Shown here one piece after another: positions 20,026-29,305 of a stretch of 64,000 bases of DNA. The stretch's first letter is position 1. Every line of letters starts with the position of its first letter. Both the position numbers and the translations under genes were made by a program. This DNA comes from an uncultured Chloroflexia bacterium (GTDB lineage: Bacteria; Chloroflexota; Anaerolineae; JAAYZQ01): the NCBI GenBank assembly GCA_963700285.1, contig CAVOXA010000015.1:105342-169341 (forward strand), given 5' to 3'. The notes beneath the pieces were generated by a model that was not told where the DNA came from, did no database searches, and saw only the letters and a program-made list of their open reading frames with translations.

Positions 20026-21300
20026 ATGAGACGTCGTTTTTCCTCAATCGCCTTTTTGATCATACTGGTGCTGACCTCGACGAGAGCTCCTTCGTCGTCC
20101 AGTCTGGCGGTGGGTGGAAGACCAATCGTAGGCGTTCATACCATCCGTGCCGATGACGGCCTGCTGCAAGTAGCTGACAGTGGCGGATTCACCTGGCTGA
20201 TCCAATTGCTTGAATGGCGAGAGGTCGAGCCGGTACGGGGCGAGTTTTTCTGGGAGTATCCTGACTGGTTGGTACGGGCTGCTAAATACTACCACCTGGA
20301 CTTGGTACTGCGCCTAGATCATCCGCCGGATTGGGCACTCAGCGGTGAAAGCGGACTGCCCGTTGACGTGGCAGCCTATGCGCACTTTGTGGAGCGCGTG
20401 GCTGCCCGCTATCGCGGGCGAGTCTTGGCCTATGTCATTTGGAACGAACCTAATCTGGCCGCTGAGTGGGGTGGCAAGCCGCCCGATCCGGAAGGCTATG
20501 TCCGATTGTTATGTGCTGCCCATGCAGCCATCCAGCAGACCGATCCCAGCGCGGCGGTAGTCAGTGCTGGCCTGGCCCCCACCAACCACACCGATGCCTC
20601 AGCTCAGGACGACCGGATCTATCTGCTAGCAATGTACACCGCTGGGGCTGCTACCTGCTTCGATGTATTGGGAGCTCATCCCTATGGCTTTGCTTACCCG
20701 CCAGACGATCCCTATCGAGACCACGACGGCCTAAACTACGCTCGACTGGCTGGCCAGCGCGCCATCATGGTCGAGGCAGGCGATGGCAGCAAGGTAGTCT
20801 GGGCGACCGAGGTGGGCTGGACAACCTCGCCTGTCGGGCGAAGAGAGCAGTGGCTTCGCGTCAGCGAAGAAGAGCAATGGAGCTATCTGGTCGGGGCTCT
20901 CCAAAAAGCCGGTAGGGATTGGCCCTGGCTGGAGCGCATCGCCATCTGGAATCTCAGCACTGGACTCCCGGCCGATGATGAGAAGCGCGGCTACAGCCTC
21001 CTGGCCGATACCGGCAGGCCCAAACCTGCCTTTGAGGTACTCGCGGCGATGGCAAGGGAACGCGGGAATGGAAGAGCAAAAGACCAGGAGGGCGAGGAAG
21101 CAGAAAGTCAGACTGCGGAGATCCTTGCTCCAGACGTGGTCGTGCGGCTGAGCGACGTAGACACCTTTTACCCCCATTGGGCTCGCCCGTACTGCAAGTC
21201 GGTACCCTGTCGCCACTGGAGAAGCGAGTTCTACATCCGAGATCCGGGGATTGTCCCATTGAAGCGGCACGCGCCTGGGCGCACGGCGAGCTATCAGTGA
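20026..21300 (+). CDS. secreted clan GH-A (TIM-barrel) glycoside hydrolase-like protein
   Basis: Signal-like N-terminus MRRRFSSIAFLIILVLTS. Acid/base motif VIWNEPN and nucleophile context WATEVGW. The C-terminal ~50 aa may be out-of-frame read-through into the next gene. Confidence 0.6.
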   Translation: MRRRFSSIAFLIILVLTSTRAPSSSSLAVGGRPIVGVHTIRADDGLLQVADSGGFTWLIQLLEWREVEPVRGEFFWEYPDWLVRAAKYYHLDLVLRLDHPPDWALSGESGLPVDVAAYAHFVERVAARYRGRVLAYVIWNEPNLAAEWGGKPPDPEGYVRLLCAAHAAIQQTDPSAAVVSAGLAPTNHTDASAQDDRIYLLAMYTAGAATCFDVLGAHPYGFAYPPDDPYRDHDGLNYARLAGQRAIMVEAGDGSKVVWATEVGWTTSPVGRREQWLRVSEEEQWSYLVGALQKAGRDWPWLERIAIWNLSTGLPADDEKRGYSLLADTGRPKPAFEVLAAMARERGNGRAKDQEGEEAESQTAEILAPDVVVRLSDVDTFYPHWARPYCKSVPCRHWRSEFYIRDPGIVPLKRHAPGRTASYQ

Positions 21301-21602
21301 CCAAGGCACGGGCAGCGGCGTTTGCTGCCCACGCCGCTGCCCGCAACACCAGCATCAAACCGGCTAAACTCGCCGCGCGCGCCGCCGGTCACGCTGCCGC
21401 AACCGCCCACGTTGCCGATCACGCACGCCATGCTGCCAACTACGCCCTCAAGGCTGTATCCGCAGGTCCAATTCCGAACCATGAGGGCGATGCGGTTTCT
21501 GAAGAAGTCGATTGGCAGTGCACACGCCTCCCGGAACACCTTCTCGGTATGGCCGGGCGAAACGGAGTCTATCCGAAAGGAATCGAAAAGAATCGTGTGT
21601 GA
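21177..21602 (+). CDS. all-alpha protein resembling a predicted immunity-protein family (Imm5-like), N-terminus unresolved
   Basis: IEAARAWAHGELSVTKARAAAFAAHAAARN...AARAAGHAAATAHVADHARHAANYALKAV matches a repeat-helix family often annotated as putative immunity protein. It overlaps the GH ORF by ~120 nt. Confidence 0.4.
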   Translation: MGSPVLQVGTLSPLEKRVLHPRSGDCPIEAARAWAHGELSVTKARAAAFAAHAAARNTSIKPAKLAARAAGHAAATAHVADHARHAANYALKAVSAGPIPNHEGDAVSEEVDWQCTRLPEHLLGMAGRNGVYPKGIEKNRV

Positions 21603-22011
21603 AGAGTATGACATCGCTTACGCGGATGAGCCAGCATGGGAGATCATTGGACCCGGCATCAATAACTACAACAGAAAACATGCAGGTGACAACAGTTATC
21701 AAAGCCTGTGCTTCGTTCTTCGCGCGCCTGACCAGCAAGTTGTCGGTGGTGTGATCGGCGCAACCTATTGGGATTGGTTCTATCTGGATCTGTTGTGGGT
21801 AAAAGAGGAGCTTCGTGGGCGCGGACATGGTCATCGCCTGCTGACGATTGCTGAACAGGAAGCGCGGCAGCGTGGGGCAAAGAATGCCTATTTGGACACC
21901 TTTAGCTTTCAGGCGCCCGACTTCTATGAGCGGCATGGCTATCGAGTCTTTGGCGAGCTGCAAGATTTCCCTCCTGGGCATCAACGCTTCTTTCTCACCA
22001 AACAGCTTTAG
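21595..22011 (+). CDS. GNAT-family N-acetyltransferase
   Basis: VGGVIGATYWDWFYLDLLWVKEELRGRGHGHRLL and PDFYERHGYRVF. GTG 21595 overlaps the stop of the preceding gene. The longer ORF (21322) is not conserved upstream. Confidence 0.75.
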   Translation: MCEEYDIAYADEPAWEIIGPGINNYNRKHAGDNSYQSLCFVLRAPDQQVVGGVIGATYWDWFYLDLLWVKEELRGRGHGHRLLTIAEQEARQRGAKNAYLDTFSFQAPDFYERHGYRVFGELQDFPPGHQRFFLTKQL

Positions 22012-22089
22012 AAACAGCGCGGCGTCAAGGGCACACGTGCAACGAGGCCCTTGCATGCGAACCGTTCGGTCTGATTGCAGGAGGTTGAC

Positions 22090-23748
22090 ATGATAGCTGA
22101 AGAAATCATGATCCGTATGCGCGATGGTGTGCGCCTGCAGAACTACCTCTACCTCCCTCCGGGCGAGGGACCCTTCCCCGCCCTTCTGGCGCGGTGCATG
22201 TATGGCGCCGACAGAGTGGAAGACAGAGCGAGATTCTGGGCCGACCAAGGATATGCGGTTCTGCTGCAGAATGTCCGCGGCCGTCATGGATCTGAAGGCG
22301 GACCGGTCGGCCGGAATGACTATGCCGAGGATGGCTACGATGCGATGGACTGGATGGTGGCTCAAGCTTGGTGCAACGAGCGTATCGGTACCTTCGGCCG
22401 TTCCGCTTTGGCCCGGGTTCAGGTGGCAACCGCATTCCTTGCTCATCCGGCGCATCTGGCCATGGCTCCGGTGGTACTTCCCTACAAGATGATGAGCCGC
22501 CTGGGAGGGGCCATCATGTTCAGCCAGATACCTCAGTGGATGTATATGGCCCAGAGCGGCCGCGAACTGAATCCGGTTGAGACGGTAGAGTGGATGCCCC
22601 ACCTGTACAGGCTGCCTGTCACAAGTGTGCTGGATGACCTGGGCGGGCCCCTGGACCAGTACCGGGAGATCGTCACAAATGTCCACGATAACTATTTCAG
22701 TGACCCACTTGTTCCTGAGAAGTTCCAGGTGTTACAGACCCCCAACCTCATGGTCACAGGCTGGTATGACCACTGCGCCACCGGGCCGGTCGACTTTTTC
22801 ATGGACACGATGACCTATGCGTCTGAGGAGCAAAAGCGGAACACACACCTCATTATTGGCCCGTGGGATCACAGCGCCGCCGGGGATGAAGCGCATGAAT
22901 ACGATTTTGGACCTGATGCAGATCTGGACCATTCGGCCATAGAGGCGGCGTTTTTCGAGCACCATCTCAAGGGGCATCCGCCCGCCGAACCTTTGGCGCC
23001 GGTCAAGATCTTTGTGATGGGCAGGAATGAGTGGCGGGATGAGCAGGAATGGCCGCTGGCACGCGCGCGGGAGACGAAGCTCTATCTCCACAGCGATGGC
23101 GACGTCGCCGGAGCCTGGGTCCGGGGCAGCCTCTCCTTGGATCCCCCTGGCGCAGAGCGTCCGGATTGTTTCACCTATGATCCGGCTGATCCGGTGCCAA
23201 CCTGGGGCGGAGCCAACAGCGCTCCGGCCAGAGTATTGCCGATGAAACGGGGAGCCCGCGACCAGCGCATTACGCTCTACCGCAAGGATGTCCTGACCTT
23301 CTACAGCGATCGGCTGCAAGCGCCTCTTGAGGTGACTGGAATGCTCAAACTGGTGCTGTATGCCGCCAGCTCTGCGGTAGATACCGACTTTACCGCAAAG
23401 CTCATGGATGTCGCCCCTGACGGGAATGCCCGCCTCATCTCCGATGGTGTCGTCCGTGCCCGGTTCCGCCATGGCCTGGAAACACCCGAGTTCATCGAGC
23501 CTGGGGCAGTTTACTGCTACGAGGTCGATCTGTGGTTTACCAGCAACGAATTTCAGTCGGGACACCGTATCGCCTTGGCCATATCAAGCAGCAATTTCCC
23601 GCGGATTAACAGGAATCTGAATACCGGAGGCGACAACGAACAGGATAGTTGCTTTGTCTCTGCGAACCAGACCATATTTCATGATTCGAGATATCCGTCG
23701 CACCTTGTCCTGCCAGTGATAGGTAGTCAGAAATTTAGAGCATCCTAG
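22090..23748 (+). CDS. CocE/NonD-family (S15 X-Pro dipeptidyl-peptidase-like) hydrolase
   Basis: ATG 22090 follows GGAGG. IRMRDGVRLQNYLYLPPGEGPFPALLARCMYG and the C-terminal beta-sandwich part (NFPRINRNLNTG) are typical of the family. Confidence 0.8.
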   Translation: MIAEEIMIRMRDGVRLQNYLYLPPGEGPFPALLARCMYGADRVEDRARFWADQGYAVLLQNVRGRHGSEGGPVGRNDYAEDGYDAMDWMVAQAWCNERIGTFGRSALARVQVATAFLAHPAHLAMAPVVLPYKMMSRLGGAIMFSQIPQWMYMAQSGRELNPVETVEWMPHLYRLPVTSVLDDLGGPLDQYREIVTNVHDNYFSDPLVPEKFQVLQTPNLMVTGWYDHCATGPVDFFMDTMTYASEEQKRNTHLIIGPWDHSAAGDEAHEYDFGPDADLDHSAIEAAFFEHHLKGHPPAEPLAPVKIFVMGRNEWRDEQEWPLARARETKLYLHSDGDVAGAWVRGSLSLDPPGAERPDCFTYDPADPVPTWGGANSAPARVLPMKRGARDQRITLYRKDVLTFYSDRLQAPLEVTGMLKLVLYAASSAVDTDFTAKLMDVAPDGNARLISDGVVRARFRHGLETPEFIEPGAVYCYEVDLWFTSNEFQSGHRIALAISSSNFPRINRNLNTGGDNEQDSCFVSANQTIFHDSRYPSHLVLPVIGSQKFRAS

Positions 23749-24182
23749 CGAATAACCAGACGTGCCTGGCGGAACGCAGATCACGCTTCGACACGAGGGT
23801 ATTCCGCCAGGGATAAGGGGCACGGATAATGAACGTGGTTCGGCATCGTCCCTGAGGAGTTTGGCTCACCTCATGGAACAGGGCGAGGCCTAGGTCATCG
23901 CGCCTTGCATTCCAATTGCAGACATTGGCCGTGACACTTGCGCGGTCATGGCTGAAGACCCAGATTGGAGCGCATACACCAATGGGGCTGCCTCCAGGGC
24001 TTTTGCCCTGGCTGCGGGGATAATCGCTCCCCTTGCCGGGGCCTTTGTGGTTCGTTTGGGCCCTCGCTTGGCGATTCTAGGTGGCTCTGTCCTGGGGGCC
24101 GCCGGACGTTGTACCCAGAGCGCTGTCCGAATCCGGCGCGGCACCGCTGCGATTGATAAACAAAGATTTATATAATCTTAAT

Positions 24183-24211
24183 TTGACAATTTACTGAGCT
24201 GGTTGTATAAT
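24183..24211 (+). promoter_or_regulatory. perfect consensus sigma70 promoter with extended -10 (TTGACA-17-TGtTATAAT) in an AT-rich patch
   Basis: TTGACA at 24183..24188, a 17-nt spacer, TATAAT at 24206..24211 preceded by TG. It sits in the only strongly AT-rich stretch of this region (24150..24215). Confidence 0.55.
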
Positions 24212-24270
24212 CGTTAGGACGGTGCCGCTTATCGATGCGACAAAGGATGAAGGACTAGCATTGGGAGGTT

Positions 24271-25533
24271 ATCACGACAGAACTGGATGCAGTAATCATA
24301 GGTGCCGGGCATGCCGGCCTCGGGGTCAGCTACTTCCTGCAACGGGATGGCCGCAAGCATATTGTCTTTGAGCGAGGGAGGATTGGCGAGTCGTGGTTAT
24401 CGCAACGCTGGGACTCATTCAAACTCAATACGCCGAATTTCATGAATGTCCTGCCTGGTTTACCGTACGATGGTCCGGAGCCTGATGGCTTCTGGTCGCG
24501 CGATGAGTACATCGCCTATCTCCGAAGCTACGTCGATCACTGGCGCCTGCCTGTTAGAACGCGCGTCACGGTGGTCTCGGTCGAGCAGGCCAAAGGCGAA
24601 GAGCATTTCATCGTCAGGACGACAGGCGACGGGCAGGCAGAAGAGTCCGTGTCAAGTCGCTCGATCGTGATCGCTTCTGGTATGCAACGAACCCCAAAGT
24701 TTCCCCCGATTCGTAGCGCCATGCCGCACGACATCCGACAACTCCACACGGCTGACTACCGAAGCCCAAGCGCTCTGCCGCCGGGTGCGGTTCTCGTCGT
24801 CGGAAGCGCACAATCGGGTTGCCAGATTGCCGAGGAGCTGCTGTTGGCTGGCCGGACCGTGTATCTGAGTACCAGCAGAGTTGGCCGCGTTCCTCGCCGC
24901 TATCGCGGGCGGGATATTCTGGAATGGTGGGCTGATATGAAGTTTCTCGATGTGCCCTACGCCAGCCTGGACGACAAGTCGATCGCCCGCGCCACTCAGC
25001 CACAAACGTCGGGGCTTGGGCGTTATGGGCACACAGTCAGCTTGCAGCATTTGGCGCGCCAGGGGGCTGTGATTCTGGGTCGCTTGCTGGACATCAATGC
25101 AGGCACACTTGTCCTGGGCGATGATGCGGCCGCCAACGTGCGCTTTGCCGATGAGTTTTCGCAACGGGGAAAGGACGGCATCGATGCCTACTTGGCACAG
25201 GCGGGTATCCCTCGGCCACCCCTCGAGGATGATCCGGCGGACGCGCCTGACCCTGAGGCTGCAAGCGTCTCGCCGTTGCGCCGGCTGAATCTTGGCGACG
25301 CAGAGGTCAGTACGGTCATCTGGGCGACAGGGTTTGGTGGGGATTTCAGCTGGATTCACCTACCGGCCTTTGACGCAGAAGGCAACCCGGTCCATGAGCA
25401 AGGAGTTGCGCCGGTGCGTGGCTTGTACTATATCGGATTCCCTTGGCTCCGTAGCCGCAAGTCGGGCATCGCTTACGGAATTGAGGAAGACGCCCAATAC
25501 ATCGCTGCTGCCCTGGCGAAGCGCTTGGGCTAG
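24271..25533 (+). CDS. FAD/NAD(P)-binding oxidoreductase (flavin monooxygenase / CzcO-like, COG2072-type)
   Basis: The frame is open from 24259. The dinucleotide-binding motif DAVIIGAGHAGLGVSYFL lies upstream of the first ATG (24442). A second motif is VVGSAQSGCQIAEEL. There is no ATG/GTG/TTG between the upstream TAG (24256) and the GxGxxG motif, so the start is uncertain. Confidence 0.75.
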   Translation: MTTELDAVIIGAGHAGLGVSYFLQRDGRKHIVFERGRIGESWLSQRWDSFKLNTPNFMNVLPGLPYDGPEPDGFWSRDEYIAYLRSYVDHWRLPVRTRVTVVSVEQAKGEEHFIVRTTGDGQAEESVSSRSIVIASGMQRTPKFPPIRSAMPHDIRQLHTADYRSPSALPPGAVLVVGSAQSGCQIAEELLLAGRTVYLSTSRVGRVPRRYRGRDILEWWADMKFLDVPYASLDDKSIARATQPQTSGLGRYGHTVSLQHLARQGAVILGRLLDINAGTLVLGDDAAANVRFADEFSQRGKDGIDAYLAQAGIPRPPLEDDPADAPDPEAASVSPLRRLNLGDAEVSTVIWATGFGGDFSWIHLPAFDAEGNPVHEQGVAPVRGLYYIGFPWLRSRKSGIAYGIEEDAQYIAAALAKRLG

Positions 25534-25675
25534 ACCCGCACCTGACCTGGCCGAGAATACTCATCGGCGAAGGTCTCAGCCGAACCGGACGAGCAATCCT
25601 TGTGCGCGAATATGTGTGCGCTCCGGGTCACCTAGTACGCGGCCAGGCGAGGACCTTCTGTGCCCTTGTCCTGCC

Positions 25676-27349
25676 CTAGCAGCCTGTCGGAGAGAGACAG
25701 TTTCTCCGCAGGCCGGATTGATGGTAAACTGATTCCCTGCTTGAGTCACTCAAGCGAGTTGATAGCAGGGAGAGAGAACGATGGCTCGCAAGTTCAAGAT
25801 GGTTGACTACGAAAAAGCGCTCGATCAGACGGTAACGATCAGAGATGTTCTGCCACCCGATCATCTGGCACGATTCATCGCCAGGGTGATTCTGTTGCTG
25901 GACTTGAGTGCCATCTACGCGCAATATGCGCCCGTGGGTGGCGAAGCCTATGCCCCCGAGCTTCTGCTGGGTCTGTTGTTCTACGGCTATGCCACCGGCG
26001 TGTTCAGTTCGCGCAAGATCGAGAAAGCGACGTACGAGTCGATTCCTTTCCGATTTCTTGCTGGCGGCTGGCATCCGGACCATGACACCATTGCCAACTT
26101 TCGGAAGACGTTTCTGCCCGAAATCACGGACCTGTTTGCCCAAGTGCTGGTTATCGCCCACGAGTTGGGGGTGCTGAAGCTGGGCAGGATCAGCGTGGAT
26201 GGCAGCAAGATTCACGCCGATGCGTCCAAAAGCCATGCGGTCAGCTATGGTCGGTTGCTGCAACTGGAGCGACAGACTGCGGATTGAGGTAGAGGAGTTG
26301 ATGGCTTTGGGAGAGACAGGCAGATCAGGAAGAGCTGCCAGAAGGCCTGGATGTGGGATTCGAGATTGCTTTGCGGCAAGAGCGGTTGCTCAACCTGGCT
26401 CAGGCCAAGGCCGTCCTGGAAGCACGAGCTGAGGAACGGCACGAGGCGGAAAAAGCCGAGTACGAGGCCAAGCTGCGGGAGCGGGAAGAGAAGGCCAAGC
26501 AGACAGGGCGCAAACCGCGTGGCAGACGCCCCAAACCGCCCACAGCCGGGCCTCGGGCGAAGGACCAGTACAACTTCACCGATCCCGACTCGCGGATCAT
26601 GAAGAACAGCAACAACAAAGGCTTCGATCAGCATTACAATGTCCAGGTGGCGGTGGACCAAGACTGTCGGTTGATCGTCGGCAACACGCTGTCGAATCAT
26701 GCCAGCGACAGAGAGGAAGCGATTCCCACAGTGGATGCCATTCCGGCCGAGGTCGGCAAGCCCAAGGCCGCAGCCTTGGACAATGGCTATTGGAGCCCGA
26801 CCAACGTGGAGGAATTGGAGAGGCGAGGCATCGAGCCCTATATCGCCACGGGGCGTGACAGCCACTATCAGAGCTGGCAAGAACGCTTTGCCCAGCAACC
26901 AGAGCCTCCTGCGGAGGAGGCGAGTCTGATCGTCCAGATGGCTTACAAGCTCAAGACGGTCATCGGCAAGCAGATCTACGGCTTGCGCAAATCGACCGTG
27001 GAACCGGTCATCGGCATCATCAAGGAGACGTTGGGATTCCGCCAGTTCTCGCTGCGAGGGCTGCTGGCAGCGGCTGGCGAGTGGTGTTTGGTATGTCTGG
27101 CCTACAACTTGAAGCGGCTGCACATCCTGATGGCTGGCTAAAGGCAAGTCGCTTCCTCTCCGTGCGTCTGATGAGCTGGAGAGAAAGCGACATGAGAGAG
27201 CCAAACAGCCCATTTGGAGTCAAAAATGGGCTCTGATTGGCTATGATCTGACACGGATATGGCTGTTCGAAGCATGATTATCGTCAACTTGTGATTCGTA
27301 CTTGGTCAACGGAGAGGTGATCCCGATTTCCTCTCCGACAGGCTGCTAG
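25676..27349 (+). mobile_element. IS1182-like (IS5-superfamily) insertion sequence with 19-bp perfect terminal inverted repeats
   Basis: CTAGCAGCCTGTCGGAGAG at 25676..25694 is the exact reverse complement of 27331..27349. CTAG at both ends may be a 4-bp target duplication with 15-bp IRs. Confidence 0.8.
25781..27141 (+). pseudogene. IS1182-family DDE transposase, two frame disruptions (~26275 and ~26320)
   Basis: N-terminal DUF772-like part (ORF 25781..26287) is followed by a coiled-coil segment in a second frame (LRIEVEELMALGE) and the DDE core in ORF 26353..27141 (NVQVAVD, ALDNGYWS, RKSTVEPVIGIIKE). Confidence 0.8.
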
Positions 27350-27409
27350 AGATTGCCCATCACCAATACCGAATCACAAACTCAAGATCCAGCCTCCAGT
27401 CTCCAGTTC

Positions 27410-28282
27410 TTATTCTCGCACCCCTGGAAACGCAGCTAGCTTGGCTTCCGGTACCCTTTGCACCAGTTCTTGGGCAATGGGCCCAAATGCCTCGGTTTCA
27501 TATTCCTCGACGCGCCCCGCATCGCACAGCTTGGCAATCTCGGGGTCGATGGGCAGTCGGCCCAGGAAAGGGACACCGATCTGTCGCGCCACCTGCTCAG
27601 CGTGGCTGGGGCCAAAGATCTCGTATCGCTTGCCAGTGTCAGGACATTCAAAGTAGCTCATGTTCTCAAGTAGACCCAGGATAGGGGTTTGCATCTGCCG
27701 GGCCATGTTCGCTGCCTTGCGCACCACCATGCCCGCCAGATCCTGCGGTGAGCTGACTAGTACGATGCCGGATATGGGCAGCGATTGCATCACGGTCAAT
27801 GAGGCATCCGATGTGCCAGGCGGCAGGTCCACGACGAGATAGTCCAACGTGCCCCAAAAGATGTCGCCCCAGAACTGCTTGATAGCACCGCTAACCAGCG
27901 GTCCACGCCAGATGACGGCCATGTCCTCCTGGTCCAAGAGCAAGTTGATGGACATGACTTTGATGCCGCTCTCGGTCTGGGGTGGCATGGGGCCCATGGG
28001 GCTTGTACCCAGCTTTGCCCCGTCAGGGAAGAACATCTTGGGGATGCTCGGGCCGGTAATGTCGGCGTCCAGGATGCCAACGCGGTAGCCCGCTTTGCGC
28101 AGCGCTAGCGCCAGCAATCCACTTACCAGCGACTTGCCCACGCCACCTTTTCCGCTCATCACGGCGATCACCCGGTGGATCTCGTTCAGGTCCTCGGCCG
28201 CGCCCTTGTCTTGCTGCCGCGGTACGCCGATGCCGATCCGGCGCTTTTCCTCGTCGGTCATCGCGGTCAGCTCTACCTCCAC
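27410..28282 (-). CDS. Mrp/NBP35 (ApbC) family Fe-S cluster carrier ATPase
   Basis: Deviant Walker A SGKGGVGKS, plus the CPDTG cysteine context. It is probably continuous with the DUF59 ORF upstream. Confidence 0.85.
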   Translation of the reverse strand: MEVELTAMTDEEKRRIGIGVPRQQDKGAAEDLNEIHRVIAVMSGKGGVGKSLVSGLLALALRKAGYRVGILDADITGPSIPKMFFPDGAKLGTSPMGPMPPQTESGIKVMSINLLLDQEDMAVIWRGPLVSGAIKQFWGDIFWGTLDYLVVDLPPGTSDASLTVMQSLPISGIVLVSSPQDLAGMVVRKAANMARQMQTPILGLLENMSYFECPDTGKRYEIFGPSHAEQVARQIGVPFLGRLPIDPEIAKLCDAGRVEEYETEAFGPIAQELVQRVPEAKLAAFPGVRE

Positions 28283-28286
28283 CCCG

Positions 28287-28517
28287 TCAACGTCTTCTAG
28301 AGCCGCTGACCGCTTTCTCCACGTCGCCTACGATCTGCTCTTTGAGCGGGCAGCCCATCGTCGTCAGGGCCAGGGTAATGCCCACCTGGTTTCCCTGGAT
28401 CCGTACCTCGCGGACCATGCCCAACTCGATCAGACTCTTGTGCAACTCTGGGTCCATGACCCCCTCAAGTGCTTTGCGCACTGCGGATTCCTCAATCAAC
28501 TTTCTTACCTCCCTCAT
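28287..28517 (-). CDS. DUF59 (MIP18/SufT-like) domain, probably the detached N-terminus of the Mrp ATPase
   Basis: VMDPELHKSLIELGMVREV...TTMGCPL is DUF59. A second frame reads ...AALEDVDGVEVELTAM straight into the Mrp ORF, so one extra nt near 28300 separates them. Confidence 0.8.
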   Translation of the reverse strand: MREVRKLIEESAVRKALEGVMDPELHKSLIELGMVREVRIQGNQVGITLALTTMGCPLKEQIVGDVEKAVSGSRRR

Positions 28518-28540
28518 TTTCTTTGTCTTTCATCCTTCGT

Positions 28541-29305
28541 TTATCGTCCGTTTCCATTGGCCATCGTGACCAGTCGCACGCCCCGCATCTGGCGGAAGAT
28601 GGCCCCCTGGCCTGCCACCGCCAGAGCCGTGGCGGGATCGACGACGCGCGTCCCAGCGATCAGGTCCACGCCATGCTTGAACAGAACCGGCGACAACGGC
28701 GACGTTGGACCCAACACCAGCACAAAGGCATCAGGGCGGCAATGCTGGATCAGTTTGTCAAAGGTCCTGTTGACCAGAGACGTTCCTGTGATGGCCACCA
28801 CATCCGCTTCAGGGAGCACCTCGGCGGCTGCTTGGGGCGGTAGCTCGTCAGGTCCCGGATCAAGCTCCAGGACATCCAGCCGTCCCACTGCCCGCCGTAC
28901 CTTGGAAATAAAGGGAAAATGGCCGACAACGACGACCCGCTTTCCCTCGCCCCGCTGCATGATCTCGGCGGATGCGTTGCAGTCGGTCAGAGAATCCTCT
29001 GGGACCTCCAGCAGGGCATTGAGGGTCGCCATGCCCACGGCAGCCTCCATCGGACTCTTGGACCTGAGGAGCCCCGCTAGCTCATGGGCACCATGCTCCA
29101 TCAGACTGCCGGCCCAACGTATTAGGCTGTGGCCATGGGCCGTGTGGGCGTCGCGTTGCGTGGAGGCCAGTCCTGCGCCCCGCTCGGTCCAGACCACCGT
29201 CCAGAACGGGCCCACGCGCACGTCGCGCACCGGGATATCCCCCGCCGGCAGCGAAGCCAGCAGATCGTCGACGATGCTCGTGCGTTCCTGCCGGTCAGCG
29301 CTCAC
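28541..29305 (-). CDS. DUF4213/DUF364 protein (putative metal-chelation Rossmann-like domain)
   Basis: 254 aa. GMATLNALL, VVVVGHFPF, ADVVAITGTSLVNRT and VLGPTSPL are typical of DUF364. GTG 29305 overlaps the PadR stop (GTGA). Confidence 0.7.
   Translation of the reverse strand: MSADRQERTSIVDDLLASLPAGDIPVRDVRVGPFWTVVWTERGAGLASTQRDAHTAHGHSLIRWAGSLMEHGAHELAGLLRSKSPMEAAVGMATLNALLEVPEDSLTDCNASAEIMQRGEGKRVVVVGHFPFISKVRRAVGRLDVLELDPGPDELPPQAAAEVLPEADVVAITGTSLVNRTFDKLIQHCRPDAFVLVLGPTSPLSPVLFKHGVDLIAGTRVVDPATALAVAGQGAIFRQMRGVRLVTMANGNGR

Noticed and set aside
21448-22686. Long antisense ORFs. Examples: 21448..22686(-), 52477..54027(-), 33064..34602(+), 12804..13979(+), 28095..29417(+), 63009..63950(-), 26245..27213(-), 47463..48416(-)
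   Set aside because: Each lies opposite a gene with strong family similarity. Each has Arg/Pro/Gly-rich low-complexity translation typical of shadow ORFs in GC-rich DNA, and lacks SD sites.
23948-24175. 75-aa ORF with MFS-transporter-like TM2-TM3 motif (GIIAPLAGAFVVRLGPRLAILGGSVLGAAG)
   Set aside because: It is too short, has no continuation in any frame and no SD. At best it is a remnant, not supportable as a gene.
26260-26360. Programmed -1 ribosomal frameshift in the IS1182-like transposase
   Set aside because: Two separate frame changes are needed and no slippery heptamer (A AAA AAG-type) is present. IS1182-family transposases are normally single ORFs. Lesions or consensus errors are more likely.
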